This document shows positions 56,761-64,000 of a DNA stretch of 64,000 bases, in pieces (within the stretch, counting starts at the first letter, position 1; the number at the start of each line of letters is the position of its first letter). Below the pieces are notes generated by a model. It did no database searches. It saw only the letters and a list, made by a program, of their open reading frames with translations, and was not told where the DNA came from. Position numbers and translations under genes: made by a program. The DNA lies in NCBI GenBank assembly GCA_964016885.1, contig OZ024743.1, positions 111,166,001 to 111,230,000 on the forward strand, read 5' to 3'. The stretch comes from Eledone cirrhosa (lineage: Eukaryota).

Positions 56761-57312
56761 ATAATAATAAATTTGAAGACTAAAATCCAAAGAGGGCTCG
56801 ATAAGGATAAATATATATCAAATATATAAGAACCGTAGAGCAAATATTTATTAAAATAACAGATTAAAGTTTAAGCAAAGAATCGCTGCTTTCACCCTTA
56901 ACGGGATCTTCTGAAACTAACAAAGTCAATATGTAAACGCAGAACTGGATATTTCAAAAAACGTTGCAGCCGGAGGAAGACAGGAAGACGATACTTTGGT
57001 TCGTGGTAACGTTCGCTGGCAAAGAACGGGAAAAAACGAATATAATACGTCATTAAAAGGAGCGGTGAAAAACAATTACGCGCAAAGTCTGAACCACGTT
57101 TATGGAATAAAAGAGGTCGTTGACTAATGTTCTCTTAGGTGGTGCATAGAGACGTTCTCTGGCAATGAACGAAAAAACGAAGATAATACGTCATATGTGG
57201 AGCGTGGAGAACAATAGCACGCAAAGACAAAACCACGTAAATGGTATAGCAGAAGTCGTAGACTAAAATTCTAACTAGGAGACCAAATGAATCTCCGCTA
57301 CAGAGTTAAGAA
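56758..57312 (-). repeat. Family A pseudo-LTR-like repeat, copy 2
   Basis: Aligns to 315-870 and includes an identical hammerhead-like segment (56868-56918). Confidence 0.88.
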
Positions 57313-57847
57313 CAAAGTAAATAAATACAATACAGAAGTAATAGAAATAAATAAGTACATACATGCAACCAAATACGTACATACACAAACATACGCAAAA
57401 CCTTACCATAGGTATACAGAACCACGCACATATAAATATGGGTGTGTGTGTATGCGTGTAAACAAATAAATAAATAATTATATAAACGTATATAAATAAA
57501 TAAATACGTATATAACAAGCGCACACACATACCTACATATAAATACACGAATGTTCGGAGACGTAAGTCAACTAAAACAAGAAGTACACATATACACACA
57601 CCCACCATACGTACGAACCTGCATACTCACACAGACGCAAAGCTCCCGTATACACATAGCCAAACCCTATGTACCAGGATATAAGATTATACGCCAATCA
57701 AATATACGTACGAGAAGGTATACGTACCTTCACAAAACATACGGGTAATATATACTTACCTATGCAAACAAGTAAAGGAATAAACAAAACATATACTTAG
57801 CTCCCACATCAAGACGTAAAATATCCACGTATAGATCGTACTATCCG

Positions 57848-58190
57848 TTAGGTGGGGCTGTAATACAGGAAATGTGTGTGCAATTTATGTTTACAAGCCG
57901 AAATTGTCTCAGATTTTTTGTTTAAGATGTGGTCTGTGACGTAGAGTATTTCCAGGGCATCAGCGGCGCAGAGGTCACATGGTCTTTTATTTCCGTTATA
58001 CGATCTAGCCCTAGCTAGGATCTCCCAGTGTAACTTATTTTGGGTGTGGTTGTCTTTTAGACTCCAGATATAAGCTGAAAGTGACATTATATTCCTTCTT
58101 AGAGGGTAACGAAGAGAATGGGTATGCATGTAAAGACGCTGCTTGAAACTATTGGCAGTTAACCCTATGTAGGCCCTACGGGACGTGGGT
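57848..58190 (-). pseudogene. Naiad-type PLE GIY-YIG endonuclease, C-terminal part
   Basis: AYIGLTANSFKQRLYMH..SLSAYIWSLKD..WEILARA..RPCDLC..LNKKSETISACKH. Confidence 0.85.
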
Positions 58191-58599
58191 ATATATATAT
58201 ATATATATGTAGGCATAGGGCTTATTGTTTGTGTGTGGGCGCATGTGTATATTTTGATGTAATTGGTGGGGCATCAATCCGGGTGTATATTCACAGATAT
58301 TCGTGTGCGTGTTTGCGCAAATGTGTGAGCATTAAGGATGCGTGTATGTGTGTATGTGCGCGTGTATGTGTGTATGTGCAGGAGTCTGTGTGTATGTGCG
58401 CGTGTATGTGTCTATGTTCGTGGGTAAAGTCATATTACACATGGAAGTGTGGGCGCGTTTTGGAATGTGTTTGGTCAGTCAAAACTTGCATTGGTGTAAC
58501 AATAATAACAACAGTAATAATTAAGAAATGATGTACAAATATATATAGAGTGTTATACGTAGCTGAAGAGTTTTCAAATAAATTTATTTCGCTTGCCTG

Positions 58600-59420
58600 T
58601 GGGTTTGCTCAATATATTTCTGTGAATTACGTGCTATTCCTTAGACTATGCTCATCTACGTTGCTGTTGAACAGGCCTCGTGTTTATAAATGTCTTTTCA
58701 TTTTTATTTCACTGATTCCGCAAGGCAAAACCGGCATTGGCGATCTACTAAGTGAAGCGGGTGTGCTTGATTTATGACGGCCCATTCCGTTCTGGAGGTG
58801 ATTTTACCGTCCTTAAGCCATCATACCTGCTCGTACAGACTGTTTTACTATTTTTATGCCGATGTCTGAAAGAGCAGACATGGTTATAGAAACGGGATTT
58901 AAAATCACCGCCAGTTACACCTATGTATATATATTTTCTGCTGTTTTTCGCATGAATGGTACATTTGTATACAATACTGGAGACCAAGTGGTTGTTTCGA
59001 AGCGGACACTCTGTACGGGATGTGTATTTGCAATTCCGATTCATGGGGTCGCGGATTTATGTCTGCTCTGTGTTGCGGGTTCGTCGAGGATTCGTGCCGT
59101 GATTTGGTTGATTGTTGTTCATCCGATCGTTGGGACTGTCAGATTCCCTGGCAACCCGGAGTTGGTGGTTAAGAGCAGAATCAGGGCTATCGTGGGCAGT
59201 GAGTTTCCCGAGCTTTTTTCGGTTGATGGCCATTATCATGCTCTCGATGTTTGGTGTTGTTCAGAAAGACAAATTAACTGTGCGCCTGTTGAACATATGC
59301 TGGTACCTATGTGTTGGGGAGCACTGGTCAAGGGCTTTGAAGAATATTCCTGGGATATTCGTACAAACGTGTGTAGAGAAAGGCGCGTTGAACCAGGTTA
59401 CATGTCTATTGCGGATCTTC
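58600..59420 (-). pseudogene. Naiad-type PLE linker + GIY-YIG, disrupted
   Basis: RHVTWFNAPFSTHVCTNI..MFNRRTVNLSF*TTPNI..NRKKL; CPL..SIVYKC..YIGVTGGDFKSRFYNH..SFRH; RQCRFCLAE. Confidence 0.85.
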
Positions 59421-59929
59421 TGTGAGCAGCGAGTGGCCTTTGTGTTGCGTTACAGTAGGCGGACAGTGTCGGGTTCGGACGCGTGTTGGGTGTGGTGGTC
59501 CGGCTGTCAGTCGTCGCATTAAGGAAGTGTCTACGGTTATCACCTTGGTTGCTGGTAGGGTCCGGCGATAGGGCCTGGATAGTTCGGGTTCCCTGGTGAT
59601 GGCTGCGTCGGATATGGTCAAGGCGTTTGGCACTCTTACTCCTTGTTCCTTCTGTGTCTTACTCCAGGTGGTCTTTGGCAGGAAACTAAGGCATCGTTGG
59701 TTCGACGGTTTGAAGGCGGGTATTGTTGTTGTTCTTTAGGCTGGTGCTGGTGTTGATACCAGCAGCAGGAGTAGAAGTTTATTTGTCATTGGCGGCGTGG
59801 TTCTTGGTGTGAGCTGTATAAGGTCCGTAGAAGGGCAACCGTTGTTTCGGTCCTTTATGGTGGTAAGGTCAAAGGGTGTGCCATCGGAGTGTTCGCCGTG
59901 CCTGGTTGTACCGTGCTCTGTATGTTGTC

Positions 59930-60716
<787 letters not shown>

Positions 60717-61591
60717 ACATCTTGTTATTGTCAAATTCACATTTCATCCTTCCCTGGGTAAGTATTAAGAAAATAAATAAAAACCAGTGAAATACTGGAG
60801 ACGATATAGCATATCAACCGAATATGTAAACAATTGTGATTAACGTGAAATTAACTAAAAATCGAAACATTTGTGAATTTCTATTTTCGAAGTTTGATCA
60901 ACGTGTAGAACAGTTTCTTTTGTAATTGCAACACTTGCCAATATCAGGATTCTTTCCCACGTTTCTAATTTAAATATATTTATACTTCCGTTATATTGAA
61001 TTCAATTATACTAAGTTTAATTATACCAGCTTCAAACATATGTTTTTTTAGAACAAATTCAACAAAAATATGAAATAAACCTGGAAGAATTATATAATTT
61101 TAAATAGATATATTTCAAGAAAATTAATTATACATGGATTTGTATAATTTGGAGATATTTCTTTCTTATTTTCAATAAACATTACCATTCATGTACAAAG
61201 ACAAAAACAAAATAATGTAAGAATGCATAGAACGTTAAAAACATGGAAAATATTGATAGTGGGAAATTAGCTGAAAATGAGCATATAGAAACAGTTTTAC
61301 TTGATAACATGAAAAAGAAAAACTGGTATATAAATTAAAGTTATGGCAAAACAATTCCTGAACAAATATTATCAAAAATATATATTGATTTGTAAATTTC
61401 ACACAAGCGTACATATTTCGGAATCAGTATGTAGTTAACAGAGGTGACACGAGTGTTTTATTTGACGATAATATTTATATTGCCGATTCTTGTGGTATTA
61501 AAAGTAAAATATAATAATATAAAAATAACGTGTGATTATTCTAATCATACTGTTATGCAGTGCAACTAAATGCCGCTCTTATATATATATT

Positions 61592-61671
<80 letters not shown>

Positions 61672-61703
61672 TGTGCGTGCGTGTATGTGCGTATAATTAA
61701 ATA

Positions 61704-61816
<113 letters not shown>

Positions 61817-62533
61817 ATGTGTGTATGAGAAGTCTGATGCAGGATTTATGGATAAATAGAATATCAACATATCAAAAGGAAAACTTTATATTGAAAACGA
61901 AAAATACAACTGAATTGTATTTGATAGTAAATGTTTATGAGGCTCATAGCGATACGTCCTAATGACAAATAGTATTTTAACAATAAAGTTTACAACTATA
62001 AGCAAGTAAAATGCCGGATTTTATTGGATGTTATTTGTCATAAATACTTCGTAAATGGATATTTCAAATTCTGTACCATTTACGTTTTAGGAAACTGAAT
62101 GCAGACTAATTAGTTACGGCTTCCGGGAAAATATAATTTTAACGTTGATTACAAATAAAAATGTATAAACATTTGAGGTATAGTTCTCTCATTATTAATA
62201 CAAGTCTGCCAGACACAAGGGAAAAATAGTAAACCCATATAAATGCAATGAAGACAACAGCGTTTATTGGCGATGTTGGCTATTCTTGACTTTTACTTAT
62301 GATATTCTAAAAAGAAAAATTATATATTTCTTTATTATTTTATATTCCTAGTTCCTAACCGTCATCAGGAATGTTTAACATATGAATGCATATGTGTGAC
62401 AGAAACACACACACTCACATCTACACGCGCGCGTATATACAAGCACGCTCACATACAGATATATCTCTGTGGGTACATGCCTCTATGTTTGTGCAGTGAT
62501 TGTATACGCACGCCAAAACACTCATATGATTTG

Positions 62534-62616
<83 letters not shown>

Positions 62617-62654
62617 TGGAATTTAGAGAATTCTTTAATAACAGCTTCCTCCGC

Positions 62655-62744
<90 letters not shown>

Positions 62745-62842
62745 TTATTTATTAAAATAAAATATTAAAGTTTAAGCAAAGAATCGCTGCTTTCACCATT
62801 AACGATATCTTAGGATTTTAGTCTTCACATTTATTTGTGTTA

Positions 62843-62878
<36 letters not shown>

Positions 62879-63322
62879 TTATATTATATTATATTTTATT
62901 ATATTACATTATATTATATTATATTATATTATATTATGTTATATTATATTAAAATTAAATGAGAAAAAACTCTCATTCTGGGAGTATAAAGAAGATAGAC
63001 GAAAAAATATTTTCATTTAACTTCGTTTATATACGGATCTCCCTGCCATCGTTTCGTATGGGGAAGAATTATTATAGGAACCAATAATAATTGAAGAACC
63101 CACAGGGGATTGTAATTCTTTAAGTCTAAGAAAAATTGAACAAGATATAATACATACGGTTTCCAAAGCTGAAGCCGCTTGCTGATATAACACGCGTAGT
63201 GGTACTTTACCAATTGTCTTAAGATATTATGACTACATGACAGGCTTATAATGTCGCTGGAAATAGAAGCTTTAAGAGCATATTGTACAGCTAAATGTGT
63301 GTGTGTGCGTGTGTGTGTGTGT

Positions 63323-63430
<108 letters not shown>

Positions 63431-63663
63431 GACACGCACATATGTACAAATATACATAGATTTAATTAGTTTCAAGGGGCAATGAAGCGTCGACCGAATT
63501 GTACTATTTGTTCCTGCACTTTACATTCGGAGATGAAATTCTACCGCTGTCAAATTTAGTACTCCGAGGGTACATGAAAGCATATACTCGTGAAGTACAG
63601 GATACGATTCAAATCGACATTCGTAACACAACAGCTTTCGATTTGTGCTAAAGTTGAAATTCT

Positions 63664-64000
63664 TATTATTAATATTATAATCATTATTATCGCTCTACCA
63701 TGTAGTGCAGATGGATACTCCGCCGAGGTTTTTCGTCATCTGTGTAATCGAATTAAGAACCTCAAACATATAATACGTTCCTCAAAATATGCGCAGTACC
63801 AATCAGAGGTGCCTTTTCTATGACACCCAACCCGTACGGTATTTCCAGCCATTTTAAGAAGACTTGAACTTTCTATGGGATTGACTTTAATACACCAATC
63901 ACAACTGGTATCACTTTCACATTACCCACTTGCATTCCAAATAGACTTTCCCAGCTCCACTTTTACTTTAGAGTACTTAGTGTTTTTTTCATTCTCCTTA
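63664..64000 (-). mobile_element. R4/Dong-clade LINE 3' end with degenerate (TAA)n tail
   Basis: NVKVIPVVIGVLKSIP..WLEIP..IEKAPLIGTAHILRNVL; runs off the window end. Confidence 0.8.

Noticed and set aside
58856-59522. Plus-strand ORFs of 189 and 136 aa
   Set aside because: Antisense shadows of the minus-strand PLE frame.
63035-63110. GAAACGATGGCA hammerhead-like half on the minus strand
   Set aside because: No intact CUGANGA core or UH triplet.

Overview
AT-rich, microsatellite-saturated eukaryotic DNA whose repeat content resembles a cephalopod (Octopus-like) genome; this attribution is inference. No host protein-coding gene could be established, and most ORF-track entries are artefacts of (TA)n/(CA)n/trinucleotide repeats. 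Mobile elements present: a near full-length Tx1/L1-clade LINE (about 16.8-22.9 kb), RTE and R4/Dong LINE remnants, two non-autonomous Helitrons, tRNA-derived SINEs and many Penelope-like elements (PLEs). The PLEs include a young Neptune-type copy with an intact thumb+GIY-YIG frame between 1-kb inverted pseudo-LTRs, Naiad-type GIY-YIG remnants, and RT-less derivatives. The main unexplained signal is at RNA level. At least six unrelated repeat families, mostly abutting (TA)n tracts, each carry a hammerhead-ribozyme fold read by eye. Most have self-complementary (dimer-type) stem III, and two families carry the compensatory U3:A8 core (UUGAAAA). One RT-less, hammerhead-flanked PLE has an upstream ORF joined to the PLE N-terminus through a T7AG site. 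Another carries duplicated exon-like units. All folds and translations were done manually and need computational and experimental confirmation.
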